A DNA stretch of 52,100 bases from a candidate division GN15 bacterium. GTDB taxonomy: Bacteria > Zixibacteria > MSB-5A5 > GN15 > FEB-12. The position numbers and the translations under genes are program-made. The stretch spans positions 1 through 52,100 of the forward strand of contig WJMS01000066.1 of assembly GCA_014727815.1 (NCBI GenBank), in the 5' to 3' direction. Below, one piece after another: positions 27,957-36,817 of the stretch (its first letter is position 1; every line of letters starts with the position of its first letter). The notes under the pieces are model-generated. The model had not been told where the DNA came from, did not search any database, and saw nothing but the letters and a program-made list of their open reading frames with translations.

Positions 27957-29009
27957 ATGGGGAAACCGGCAGCTCGCCTGGGCGATTCGACCGCCCACGG
28001 CGGCGTTATAGTCAAAGGTGAACCAACCGTTATGATCGGCGGCATGCCGGCCGCCCGGGTTAGTGACAACCATGTCTGCCCCATGATGAACCCCGGCACC
28101 CCGCCACCGCCCCATGTCGGCGGACCGATCACCGGGCCGGGCGTGCCGACAGTGCTCATCAAAGGCATGCCTGCTGCCGTTGTGGGCGACATGGCCACCT
28201 GCTCCGGCCCCCCGGATACCATCGTCAAGGGCTGCCCGACCGTCTTGATCGGTCCCGGCAGTGGCGGTGGCGGCGGTATGGCCGGCGGCGGTGGCGGCAG
28301 TGGCGCAAGTGCCACGGCCAAGTCGTCCGAGGTTGAAGAGGGCCACATTCTGGATGTCACTTTCGAAGACAAAGGTGGTCTGCCGGTGGGCGGCGCCGTG
28401 TACACCGTCAAGAAGGGTAAAGAGATAGTCGATTCCGGCCCGCTCACCGGACGTATCAAGCGCTCAGGAGTGGAACAGGGCAACTACGACATCGAAATCC
28501 GCGCCATCAGCAAAGCCACCTGGTCAAAAAACGAAGCCGAGGTCGGCGACAAACTCACCCTGAGCGCAAAGACGGCCGGTATCGAGAACGACACCCCTGC
28601 CAGCGTCGTCGTTTACATGCGCGACATCAACTCGGCCGACCGCCAGTTGGCCGGTTTCGACACCAAAGTCAGCGGTGACAAAGTTGAGGTCGACTGGACT
28701 TTCGCTGTCGACGAGAAACTGCTGAAGGTACAACAGGAGAAAGCGCAAAAGGGCGGCTACTCGTCACCAACTTTCTTCTTCACTGTTGAAGCGGCCGGCT
28801 GCCAGGCCCGTTCCGGCATACTCCGATTGAAAGACTGGATAGAAATCGAACTGCGCGATAAAGACGGCAACCCCATGGGCAACAAGAAGTACCGGGTGCA
28901 CCTGCCCAACGGCGAGATTCGCAAAGGAACGCTCGATGGTAACGGCTATGCGAAGATCGACAAGGTTCCGCCTGGCCGCGTACACGTTGCATTCGATATC
29001 AAGGAATAA
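27957..29009 (+). CDS. PAAR-domain spike-tip protein with Gly-rich linker and about 230-aa C-terminal beta-sandwich extension
   Basis: Three PAAR-type motifs (KPAARLGD, MPAARVSD, MPAAVVGD) lie in residues 1-100. A GSGGGGGMAGGGGGSGASA linker follows, then CarboxypepD_reg-like and Ig-like modules. Residues about 184-350 are paralogous to the protein at 34247. Confidence 0.85.
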   Translation: MGKPAARLGDSTAHGGVIVKGEPTVMIGGMPAARVSDNHVCPMMNPGTPPPPHVGGPITGPGVPTVLIKGMPAAVVGDMATCSGPPDTIVKGCPTVLIGPGSGGGGGMAGGGGGSGASATAKSSEVEEGHILDVTFEDKGGLPVGGAVYTVKKGKEIVDSGPLTGRIKRSGVEQGNYDIEIRAISKATWSKNEAEVGDKLTLSAKTAGIENDTPASVVVYMRDINSADRQLAGFDTKVSGDKVEVDWTFAVDEKLLKVQQEKAQKGGYSSPTFFFTVEAAGCQARSGILRLKDWIEIELRDKDGNPMGNKKYRVHLPNGEIRKGTLDGNGYAKIDKVPPGRVHVAFDIKE

Positions 29010-29033
29010 AGACAGCAGCACTCACGAACGCTC

Positions 29034-32000
29034 ATGGCATCCCAGAACAACAGCAGCCTCACCGCCGGACTCTCCGCACTGTCGACCGGTTGCGCCTCCG
29101 CCACCGGCGGGCGTGCGCAATTCCAGCACCGACTGGTACCGGTCCAGATACTCGAGATGGAAGACGTCCTCTTCCACCTCAACAGCGCCGTCATGATGCC
29201 CGACCGCCCCGCCGGCAGGTCTTCCGAAGACGGCGCACAGCCCAGTGACGAACAATCGGACATGACCGGCCTCAACGTCCTCGCGCTCGTCTTCCGACAA
29301 TTCGAGTTCGACCCGACCCTCCGGATGATCGTCACCGGCCACACCGATACTTCCGGCGGCACGAGAATGAACTTCGAGTTATCCCAGCAGCGCGCCAAGG
29401 GGGTCCTGTATCTTCTCAACGGTGACATCCAGCAGTGGCAGCGCTTGTGTTTCCAGCGGCACAAGGTCGAAGATTACCAGCAGATCATCGAGTACTTCCA
29501 CAATCTTGCCGCACCGTGGAAACGCTCCAACTGGAACTGTGACCCGCAGGGACTCGACAACAAGTTCGGCAACAAGACGCGCAATGCGATCAACGGCTTC
29601 GCGCAGGGATACAATCGCGACTACGCCGATGCCTACTTCACGCCGCGCCTGCCCGACAATCTCGGTGACATTATCGCCAACCGGCCCAATCACACCTGGC
29701 CGGAATCCGACTGGCGCGCGATTTATCACCTCTACTCCCAGGTCATCTGCGACACCCTGCAGATCCTGCCGCTCGAACTCGACAACCAGCGCGAAAACGC
29801 GCTGCGCTATGTTGATGATGACAAACCGATTGTCGGCTGCGGCGAGTCGTTCCCGCTCGACGAGCGCGGGCGCGACAACTACCGCTCCCAGCAGAACCGG
29901 CGGGTCGAGATTCTCTTTTTCGCCGACCGCGATGCTCCACCCATGACCTGTCCGGCCGTGACCGATCGCACCCACACCGAGGCCGAGTGCCCGCTCTGGA
30001 GCCGCTACCATTTCGAACCGACCTACATCAGCCCCGGCGACCTGCACGCCGTCGCGTACCATCTCAAGTTTGAGTATTACAACAAGGTCCGCGACGAAGT
30101 CATGGCGATCCCGCCCGGCTTGAACATCGAAGCGCTCCGCCCCGATGACACCGCCATCAACAGCCGCGTCGTGCAGGGCAGCGACCTGTACACCGTCGTG
30201 GTGCAGTTCGCTACACAGGATGAAGCCGACAATCTCTCCGACAAAGTCCGCTTCCGCTTCGCGGCCCCCGACAGCTATATCTTCACCGCCAACAGTTCCG
30301 ACACCCCGAGGATTGTGACCAGGACGGCCGAAGAAATCGATGCCCTGTCCGATCTCGACCGCTGGCGCCACTACGACCTCCCGACCGAATGGGAGTCAAC
30401 CAACTGGTTCGCAACTAAGGACGACGACGTCGAGCCAATCTCCGAACTGCTCAAGCAGTCGACCAGCGCCTCCTCGCCGATCGTGTTCGATCTTGACAGC
30501 ATCGTGCTGGTGGACGGTACCGGCAGCCAGGCAATCCGGGACCGTTCCGCCTTCGTCAACGGCGCCAACCCGAACGGCGTGCCGAAACCGCTGTCGGAGC
30601 ATTCACGGGTACGCATCCTCTTTGTCGATCCTGAAGACCACCAGATGAAGATCTTCCCGGAAGTCGATCCGACCTCCGGTGACATCCCCGCCGACCACGA
30701 GGAGACACTGATACGATTCGAGCAGGACGAGAACAATGTCACCCGCAATTTCATTGTCGACACCCCGGAAAACGCCCGCGCGGTTGTCTTCTGCGGCGAC
30801 TTCTACGACGTCACCCGCAAACGCACCGTCCGCAACGGCTCATTCAATCCCGCCGCCGGACACGTTCTCGGCGCCCGTGCGGCCGTACTCAATGATGATG
30901 ATGTCCACGGCAGACAGACGATCACCTACCGTGACGGTATCGATACCGTCCACAACAGCGGCATCGGCGACTTCGACCTGCACTATCTCCACGACAGCAG
31001 CTGCGACGGCAGCCGGTTCTACTCCCACCTGATAGTCTACTGGTCGTGCTTCATCATCAAAGACCCCGACCCCACCGTGGGCGGCACCGGCGGCGAGCGT
31101 CCGGCCACCGATGCCGAGGTTGAGGAGTTCTTCAGTGTCGGCATGGTCAACTCGATGTTTCACTGGAACAAGAAGCTGTACGAGTTCGAGCGTACCGACG
31201 GCAACCGTGATCGCATTGTCAGGCCATTCTTCATGTTCGAAGGCAACGAAACGCTCGACTATACCCCGTCGTCGGCCTTCGATTTCGAGGACGACAATTT
31301 CAAAGCTATGTGGACCCGGGCCGATTTCAACGCCGCCCTGCGCAATACGCACGGCGGTCGGCCCAAGTCAGTCGCCGTCATCGTCGAAGAAGACAAAGGC
31401 AGCTGGGTGGTCTCGGCCCGGGCGGCCGACCGGCCCTTCAGCCTGCTGAGTTTACGGATCAAGACCCGCGAGGACGACCCCGGTCGCTTCTCCGGCTTCC
31501 CGTTCGACGAATTCGAAGACCCCGAGGGCTACGGCTGCCTGGTCATGGCGCATGAACTAGGTCACGCCACCGGGCAGGTCGATGATTACATGGACAAGGT
31601 GCCGAATGTGAGAACTAACGGTCGCCTGCCCAATTTCGGTCAGTTTGGCGTCACCTCAGGTGGCAATGACATCCGCGACAACAACTCCAACTTCCCCCAG
31701 CGCGTCCAGGGCTCCGAATCGTGGGATATCGACCACGACAAGCTCACCATGATGGACAAAAACGGCCCGATCCGCATGCGTCATGTCTGGCGCTTCGTAC
31801 ACTGGCTCAACGAGCAGAGCAAATCCGGCGGCAGCCTGCATCGCTACCTCGAGGGCGACCAGTTCCGCATGTACTACCCGCGCGCCGACATGCACTATCA
31901 TCGCCAGACCGCCGACCCGGTCGATCCCTGGCGATGGTCCAATGGCGGCCAGGTCACAATCAGCGGCAACAAGACCGCCAACCTCTATCTCTTCCAGGAG

Positions 32001-32534
32001 CTGGATGAAACCCGGCGGCTCGATCGCTCCGTCACCGACAACCCGACCGACTTCAGGGCGATCCTCAATGTCCGCTTCCTGCTCTCGATCGCGTTCGTCG
32101 ACAACGGCGCCCACACCTGGTCCGGCGCCCAGAAACGAGCCTGGGCCCGCATGATCTACAACTGGTTGACCAAATCGACCGGCCCCTACAAAGTCACCGG
32201 ACGGTTCCAGCTCACCGGTGGCGGCGGCGCGCTTGACCCGACTATCATCCGGGTGATCCCGGGCTTCGAGATCTACAGCCCCGGTTCACCGCCCGGTCAC
32301 GGTGCGTTCAACTATCGGGTCGAGGTCAAACAGTCGAGCAATGACCCGTTCAATCTGAACAACCAACGCCGCCTGCGGCTGGGCGATAATCACTCGGCGA
32401 GAAAAATAATCAACTACTTCTACGATAAACCGGAAGACGCTGCCGCCCTGTCGGCCGCCGACTTCAATTTCGTCGCCACCTGGTTCAATCAACCGTCAGT
32501 CAGCAGCGGCGGCTTCCGGGTGGAGGAGGTGTAG
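29034..32534 (+). CDS. large candidate T6SS effector: OmpA-like peptidoglycan-binding domain (with insertion) plus C-terminal HExxHxxGxxD zinc-metallopeptidase-like region
   Basis: OmpA/MotB-type motifs are present: IVTGHTDTSGGTRMNFELSQQRAKGVLYLL ... NRRVEILFF. VMAHELGHATGQVDDY begins at residue 837. There is no signal peptide or TM. The gene lies immediately downstream of PAAR and upstream of a lipoprotein. Confidence 0.6.
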   Translation: MASQNNSSLTAGLSALSTGCASATGGRAQFQHRLVPVQILEMEDVLFHLNSAVMMPDRPAGRSSEDGAQPSDEQSDMTGLNVLALVFRQFEFDPTLRMIVTGHTDTSGGTRMNFELSQQRAKGVLYLLNGDIQQWQRLCFQRHKVEDYQQIIEYFHNLAAPWKRSNWNCDPQGLDNKFGNKTRNAINGFAQGYNRDYADAYFTPRLPDNLGDIIANRPNHTWPESDWRAIYHLYSQVICDTLQILPLELDNQRENALRYVDDDKPIVGCGESFPLDERGRDNYRSQQNRRVEILFFADRDAPPMTCPAVTDRTHTEAECPLWSRYHFEPTYISPGDLHAVAYHLKFEYYNKVRDEVMAIPPGLNIEALRPDDTAINSRVVQGSDLYTVVVQFATQDEADNLSDKVRFRFAAPDSYIFTANSSDTPRIVTRTAEEIDALSDLDRWRHYDLPTEWESTNWFATKDDDVEPISELLKQSTSASSPIVFDLDSIVLVDGTGSQAIRDRSAFVNGANPNGVPKPLSEHSRVRILFVDPEDHQMKIFPEVDPTSGDIPADHEETLIRFEQDENNVTRNFIVDTPENARAVVFCGDFYDVTRKRTVRNGSFNPAAGHVLGARAAVLNDDDVHGRQTITYRDGIDTVHNSGIGDFDLHYLHDSSCDGSRFYSHLIVYWSCFIIKDPDPTVGGTGGERPATDAEVEEFFSVGMVNSMFHWNKKLYEFERTDGNRDRIVRPFFMFEGNETLDYTPSSAFDFEDDNFKAMWTRADFNAALRNTHGGRPKSVAVIVEEDKGSWVVSARAADRPFSLLSLRIKTREDDPGRFSGFPFDEFEDPEGYGCLVMAHELGHATGQVDDYMDKVPNVRTNGRLPNFGQFGVTSGGNDIRDNNSNFPQRVQGSESWDIDHDKLTMMDKNGPIRMRHVWRFVHWLNEQSKSGGSLHRYLEGDQFRMYYPRADMHYHRQTADPVDPWRWSNGGQVTISGNKTANLYLFQELDETRRLDRSVTDNPTDFRAILNVRFLLSIAFVDNGAHTWSGAQKRAWARMIYNWLTKSTGPYKVTGRFQLTGGGGALDPTIIRVIPGFEIYSPGSPPGHGAFNYRVEVKQSSNDPFNLNNQRRLRLGDNHSARKIINYFYDKPEDAAALSAADFNFVATWFNQPSVSSGGFRVEEV
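31551..31583 (+). other. HELGHATGQVD motif (HExxHxxGxxD, metzincin/snapalysin-style zinc site) within the effector candidate
   Basis: Read directly from the sequence: codons 840-850 of the 29034 ORF. A possible Met-turn (LTMMD) lies about 60 residues downstream. Confidence 0.55.
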
Positions 32535-32565
32535 GCTGAACGGTGTGGCGAATGGATATCGCAGT

Positions 32566-33780
32566 ATGCGTCAAGTGGTCGCGACCGGATTGCTCCTGGT
32601 CGCAGTCGCGGTCACCGGCTGCCGGGCCGATTCGGACCGGACTCAATCCCGACCGGAAGGAAACTCCATGGCTTCCTATGTAAGGCTCTTTGCGGATTAT
32701 CAGCAACGCTCGGTCCAATCGATCACCACCAACGCCGCCGGCAACGAGAGTTGGTTCCTGCCACTGGCCGACGCGGGCTTCGGCAATCCCCCCACGGTCC
32801 TGTTGGCCACACCCGACGGCCTCGTCGCCCAGTCGGTCGATCGCCTCGCGGGCGTCTCCTACGATGGTGATCTGCGCTGGCAACAACCGCACGGCGCCGG
32901 TCTCGATGCCGTCTACAGCGATGGCGCCACGTACTACCGGACCACCGAAGGCGACCTGTACGCGATCAACGCCGAGGGCAAAATCACCTTGTCCGATTTC
33001 TTCGTCCCCACCAGCCATGACCGGGGTTTCATCTACCTCGCCCTGCCCCGTCCCGACCGGCATATCCTCTTGCACACCTTCGCTCGCTCCGAGGAACCGA
33101 TGCCCGGCGATCCGCCCCAGCCCGACAGCTACGCCCTCCTGCTGATGGGCGACGAGCGTTATGACGATTGGGATTGGATGCATGAATTCGAAGGCGAGTG
33201 CCTGCCCGGTCTCATGACGACCGACCTCGGACGTGTCGTTATCCTCGATGGTAACGGCGGCGCGACGAGCTTCGATGCCACCACCGGCGAACAGACCGGC
33301 CGTTTCACCGTAACCGACCGTGAGTTCCTCCGCGCCAGCCTCGACAACGACAACAACATCATCGCCGCAATGCGCACGACCGACAACACCGGCCTGCTGG
33401 CTTCATATACCCTCGAAGGCAAACGCAACTGGGAACTGCTCCTCGACACCATCCCGGCCGGCGCCTTCACCCAGCCGCCGGCAATCGGACCCGACAACAG
33501 CGTTCTATTCATCGTCGGCAACGAACTGCTCCGTGTCGTCAACGGCGAGGTGCAGCACCGCTCCCCGGTTCTGAGTGCCAAACGGCAATATATAACGGTG
33601 CTGGAAGACAGCTCCGCCCTGCTGGTTGCTGCCAATGCCCTGATCCACCTCGATCCGGAAGGCGAACAGAAATTCGCGGTAACGCTCGACCCTGCCGAGA
33701 CAGTCACCGCCCCGGCCGTAGTCGACGGCAAAGGTCGGGTATGCATTGCCACCAGCCGCGGAATCCGCAGCTATGAGTGA
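32566..33780 (+). CDS. lipoprotein with PQQ/BamB-like beta-propeller repeats (candidate periplasmic immunity protein)
   Basis: MRQVVATGLLLVAVAVTGC lipobox. Recurrent DG.L.W / G...W-type blade motifs (DGDLRWQQ, GKRNWELLL). The start is taken at the ATG at 32566; the track start 32545 is a GTG. Confidence 0.6.
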   Translation: MRQVVATGLLLVAVAVTGCRADSDRTQSRPEGNSMASYVRLFADYQQRSVQSITTNAAGNESWFLPLADAGFGNPPTVLLATPDGLVAQSVDRLAGVSYDGDLRWQQPHGAGLDAVYSDGATYYRTTEGDLYAINAEGKITLSDFFVPTSHDRGFIYLALPRPDRHILLHTFARSEEPMPGDPPQPDSYALLLMGDERYDDWDWMHEFEGECLPGLMTTDLGRVVILDGNGGATSFDATTGEQTGRFTVTDREFLRASLDNDNNIIAAMRTTDNTGLLASYTLEGKRNWELLLDTIPAGAFTQPPAIGPDNSVLFIVGNELLRVVNGEVQHRSPVLSAKRQYITVLEDSSALLVAANALIHLDPEGEQKFAVTLDPAETVTAPAVVDGKGRVCIATSRGIRSYE

Positions 33781-33812
33781 GAGAACTATAATGAGAGTGT
33801 GTGAATACTGAT

Positions 33813-34226
33813 ATGGCCAACCGATTCAATTTCAAACTCCCGGACGGCTGGCAGGACGAAACGGTCCATCGCTTCACGGGCCCCGAAGACAGCGGTGTCG
33901 AGCATGCCCTCACCCTCGTCGTCGATCGCAGCGCCGGCAGGGCCAAGGTCGAAGACTACGCCCGGGAGCGTATCGATGCCTCCATGGAGGCCATGCAGCC
34001 GTCGGAAATCCTCAACGAGGGCCCCAAACAGCTGGGCTCCGGCGTTTCCGCCTACGAAGCGGTAATCAAGTGGGTACCGGTCGACGATGAGATCATCTTC
34101 CGCAAGCTGACCTTCGTGATCGACTCCGGCACCGGCCTGATGTTTGCGGCCAACTTCTCCAAAAAGACGATCAAGACGATCGGCCACGATGTCGACCGGA
34201 TTATCGACTCGATCGTAAGCGGCTGA
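33813..34226 (+). CDS. DUF1795/DcrB-like protein (Eag-type T6SS effector chaperone candidate)
   Basis: The N-terminus MANRFNFKLPDGWQDETVHRF matches the F.LP.GWQD.T..F pattern of EagR/EagT6-type proteins. Size is about 137 aa. An alternative GTG start lies at 33801. Confidence 0.55.
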   Translation: MANRFNFKLPDGWQDETVHRFTGPEDSGVEHALTLVVDRSAGRAKVEDYARERIDASMEAMQPSEILNEGPKQLGSGVSAYEAVIKWVPVDDEIIFRKLTFVIDSGTGLMFAANFSKKTIKTIGHDVDRIIDSIVSG

Positions 34227-34246
34227 TTCCGGAGCGTGACCCGACC

Positions 34247-35125
34247 ATGAAGTGGAGCAAAGGCACCGACAGCGAACACAAGATCAAGCTCGAATCAGCC
34301 ATCGTCTCCGTCACCTGGCTGACCGGCATGGCGATCGGCGGCCAACCGGCCAGATTCGAGGTGCGCACCGAGTTTGTCGGCGGCGGCGCGCCGGTCGAAA
34401 TCACCGCCCGCAAAGGCGACGGCAAAAAGCTGGCGAAGACAAAGGGCAAGATCAACGGCAACCGCTTCGCCGGCAGTATCGACATGCCCGAGGACCTCCA
34501 GCGCGGCGACAGGGTCTATTTCGAAGCCGAACTGAGCAAACACGGCCTCTCCGGGCGCTCCGAAACCATCCCCGCCGGCCCGCCGATCACCGTGTCCGAC
34601 ATGAAGTGGAGCGCCGCCGAAGCCCGTCGCGGCGACATCCTCACACTCTCCGCTCGCGTGCGGGGGCTCGATGACGGCGCCGAAGTGACGGTGGTGATTT
34701 ATGAGTACGACGCCGACGGCGTCCACGACCGGATCGCCGAGCTGCCCGCCACCATCTCCGGCGGCAAAGTCGAAATCGACTGGGAATACGAGTATCACGA
34801 GGACACCGACGAAATCCCGACCGAAGAAGAACTGGAGCGCTACGGCAGCAGCTACAACCCGCCGGAATACTTCTTCACCATCCGTGCCGGCAGCGCCGAA
34901 CTGGGCCGCGAGCAGGAATCCGGCCTGCTCACCTTCAAGGACTTCGTCGATATCGAACTGATGGACGCCGACGGCAACCCGGTCGCCGACGCAGAATACA
35001 AGCTCCTGCTGCCCGATGGCAGCGAGAAGACCGGCAACCTCGACAGCGACGGCAAGGCGCGAGTCGAGGATGTCCCGCCCGGCCGCTACCGGGTGACCTT
35101 CCCCGGCTTGACCGCGCCGCAGTGA
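34247..35125 (+). CDS. uncharacterised cytoplasmic beta-sandwich protein, paralogue of the PAAR C-terminal extension
   Basis: Residues 117-292 align by eye with PAAR residues 185-350. Matching stretches are W-S..EA..GD.LTLSA, KVE.DW, PE/TFFFT, D.IE.L.D.DGNP and a G.LD..G.A...DVPPGR.RV.F ending. There is an internal tandem duplication of the Ig-like unit. Confidence 0.6.
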   Translation: MKWSKGTDSEHKIKLESAIVSVTWLTGMAIGGQPARFEVRTEFVGGGAPVEITARKGDGKKLAKTKGKINGNRFAGSIDMPEDLQRGDRVYFEAELSKHGLSGRSETIPAGPPITVSDMKWSAAEARRGDILTLSARVRGLDDGAEVTVVIYEYDADGVHDRIAELPATISGGKVEIDWEYEYHEDTDEIPTEEELERYGSSYNPPEYFFTIRAGSAELGREQESGLLTFKDFVDIELMDADGNPVADAEYKLLLPDGSEKTGNLDSDGKARVEDVPPGRYRVTFPGLTAPQ

Positions 35126-35236
35126 GTTACGCGCCGAGTCGGTGCAGCACAGTCGATTATGGAGTTTATCAACCCATGATAGCGCCCGCAGACCGTGTTT
35201 CTGCAGGCGCTGCAGGAAAAGACACGGGATATTATC

Positions 35237-35265
35237 TTGACAGAGATTGGTCACGTCCGTATCGT
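35237..35265 (+). promoter_or_regulatory. putative sigma70-like promoter ahead of clpV-tssBC
   Basis: TTGACA (35237-35242), 17 nt, then TATCGT (35260-35265). It is preceded by an imperfect 10-bp stem-loop (35182-35191 pairs with 35201-35210) after the 34247 gene. Confidence 0.35.
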
Positions 35266-35353
35266 TTTTGCGTACATCGCCAATATAGGGCGATGTTTCC
35301 ATTCGACTTCCTGTGTGAATGAGTTAGCCACAACATGAACTGATTGAAACCAG

Positions 35354-36817
35354 ATGGATATAGCACAGTATTCCTCCGACGCCCGCGCCGTCATCAAAAA
35401 CGCCCGCGAAGTGGCCGCTGCCTTTCGCTACCCGGAAATCGAGGTCGAGCACCTGCTGGTCGCCACCGTGCGGCACGAAGGCTCAAAGGTCGAGTCGATC
35501 ATGAACCAGCTCGGCAAAAGCCGGGCTTTCATCGAGTCGACCGTCGAAGACTACCTCAAGGAGCAGGCTTCCGGACGGTCCTCCTCGCGCGAAAACCTCA
35601 TGATCTCCCCCAATGTCCAGGAGGTCCTCAACGCCGCCCTCGAGGAAAAGGGCAGACTGTACGATGCCCTGGTCGAGCCGGAGCACATCTTCATAGCGAT
35701 CTTCGACCCCAAGTCGAAGCTGTCCGGCTACCTGCGTGAGAAACTGGACATCACCCGCGAGCAGATCTACAACGCTATCGCCGACAGCCAGTCACTCGAG
35801 GAGATGGCCTCTACCCCCTCGAAAAAGACCGGAACCGGTGACGCTGAGGCGCCCAAAAAGGAAGTCTCCGGCGCGCTGCGCTACTGCACCGACCTCACCA
35901 ACCAGGCTGCCGCCGGCGAATTCGACCCGTGTATCGGGCGCGACGAGGAAGTCCGGCAGGTCATTCAAATCCTCATGCGCCGCCGCAAGAACAGCCCGGT
36001 TCTCGTCGGTGGCGCCGGCGTCGGCAAAACGGCGATCGTCGAAGGTTTCGCCCAGGCCGTGGTCGACAAACGGGTGCCGAAAGCAATCCAGGACGTCCGG
36101 GTGATGGAAGTGGACATGGGCTCGATGGTTGCCGGAGCCAAGTACAAGGGCGAATTCGAAGAACGCTTCAAGGGCCTGATCAGCGATGTCGTCAAGACCG
36201 CCGGCAAGACCATCCTCTTTATCGACGAAATCCACATGCTGGTCGGCGCCGGCAATGTCTCCGGCGGGATGGATGCCGCCAACCTCGTCAAGCCTGCCCT
36301 CGCTCGCGGCCAGCTCCGGCTGATCGGCGCCACCACCGAAGAAGAGTACACCAAGTACCTCGAAAAAGACAAGGCGATGGACCGTCGGTTCGAAAAGGTC
36401 AAAGTCGAGGAACCGAGCTTCGATGACGCCGTAAGAATCGTCAAGGGTATCATCGGCAAGTACGAGAAGCACCATTCGATCAGCTACACCGAGGAAGCGA
36501 TTGTCGGCTCCATCCGCTTCGCCAAACGCTACCTCAGCGAACGGAACCTGCCCGATATCGCTCTCGATATCATCGATGAAGCCGGCTCCGAGTTCAGCGT
36601 CAAAGAAGAATTCGCCAATGAGACGATCCCGGCCATCGAACAGCAGATTACCGATCTGGAAACGCTTATGAAAGAGTGCGACGGTAAAGATCCCGGGACC
36701 GATGACGAGGCGTTCGACAAGATGTACGAGGCCTATGATGAATTCACCCGCAGCCTGGAACGACTACACGACTTCTGGGGCCACCGCGTCGAGGCCTCGA
36801 AAGGGGGCGCCGCATGA
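35354..36817 (+). CDS. tssH: ClpV/TssH N-terminal polypeptide (Clp_N domain, AAA+ D1, first part of middle region)
   Basis: Clp N-domain repeats, Walker A GGAGVGKTAIVEG, Walker B ILFIDEIH and RFEKVKVEEPS are present. It ends in the coiled-coil/linker region. Its stop overlaps the next ATG (ATGA at 36814-36817). Confidence 0.85.
   Translation: MDIAQYSSDARAVIKNAREVAAAFRYPEIEVEHLLVATVRHEGSKVESIMNQLGKSRAFIESTVEDYLKEQASGRSSSRENLMISPNVQEVLNAALEEKGRLYDALVEPEHIFIAIFDPKSKLSGYLREKLDITREQIYNAIADSQSLEEMASTPSKKTGTGDAEAPKKEVSGALRYCTDLTNQAAAGEFDPCIGRDEEVRQVIQILMRRRKNSPVLVGGAGVGKTAIVEGFAQAVVDKRVPKAIQDVRVMEVDMGSMVAGAKYKGEFEERFKGLISDVVKTAGKTILFIDEIHMLVGAGNVSGGMDAANLVKPALARGQLRLIGATTEEEYTKYLEKDKAMDRRFEKVKVEEPSFDDAVRIVKGIIGKYEKHHSISYTEEAIVGSIRFAKRYLSERNLPDIALDIIDEAGSEFSVKEEFANETIPAIEQQITDLETLMKECDGKDPGTDDEAFDKMYEAYDEFTRSLERLHDFWGHRVEASKGGAA

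Noticed and set aside
27966-27998. AARLGDSTAH at the PAAR N-terminus matches the prePAAR consensus AARxxDxxxH
   Set aside because: It is simply the first PAAR motif of a complete three-motif PAAR domain. It is not followed by transmembrane helices, so it does not define a prePAAR/Eag-dependent effector architecture.
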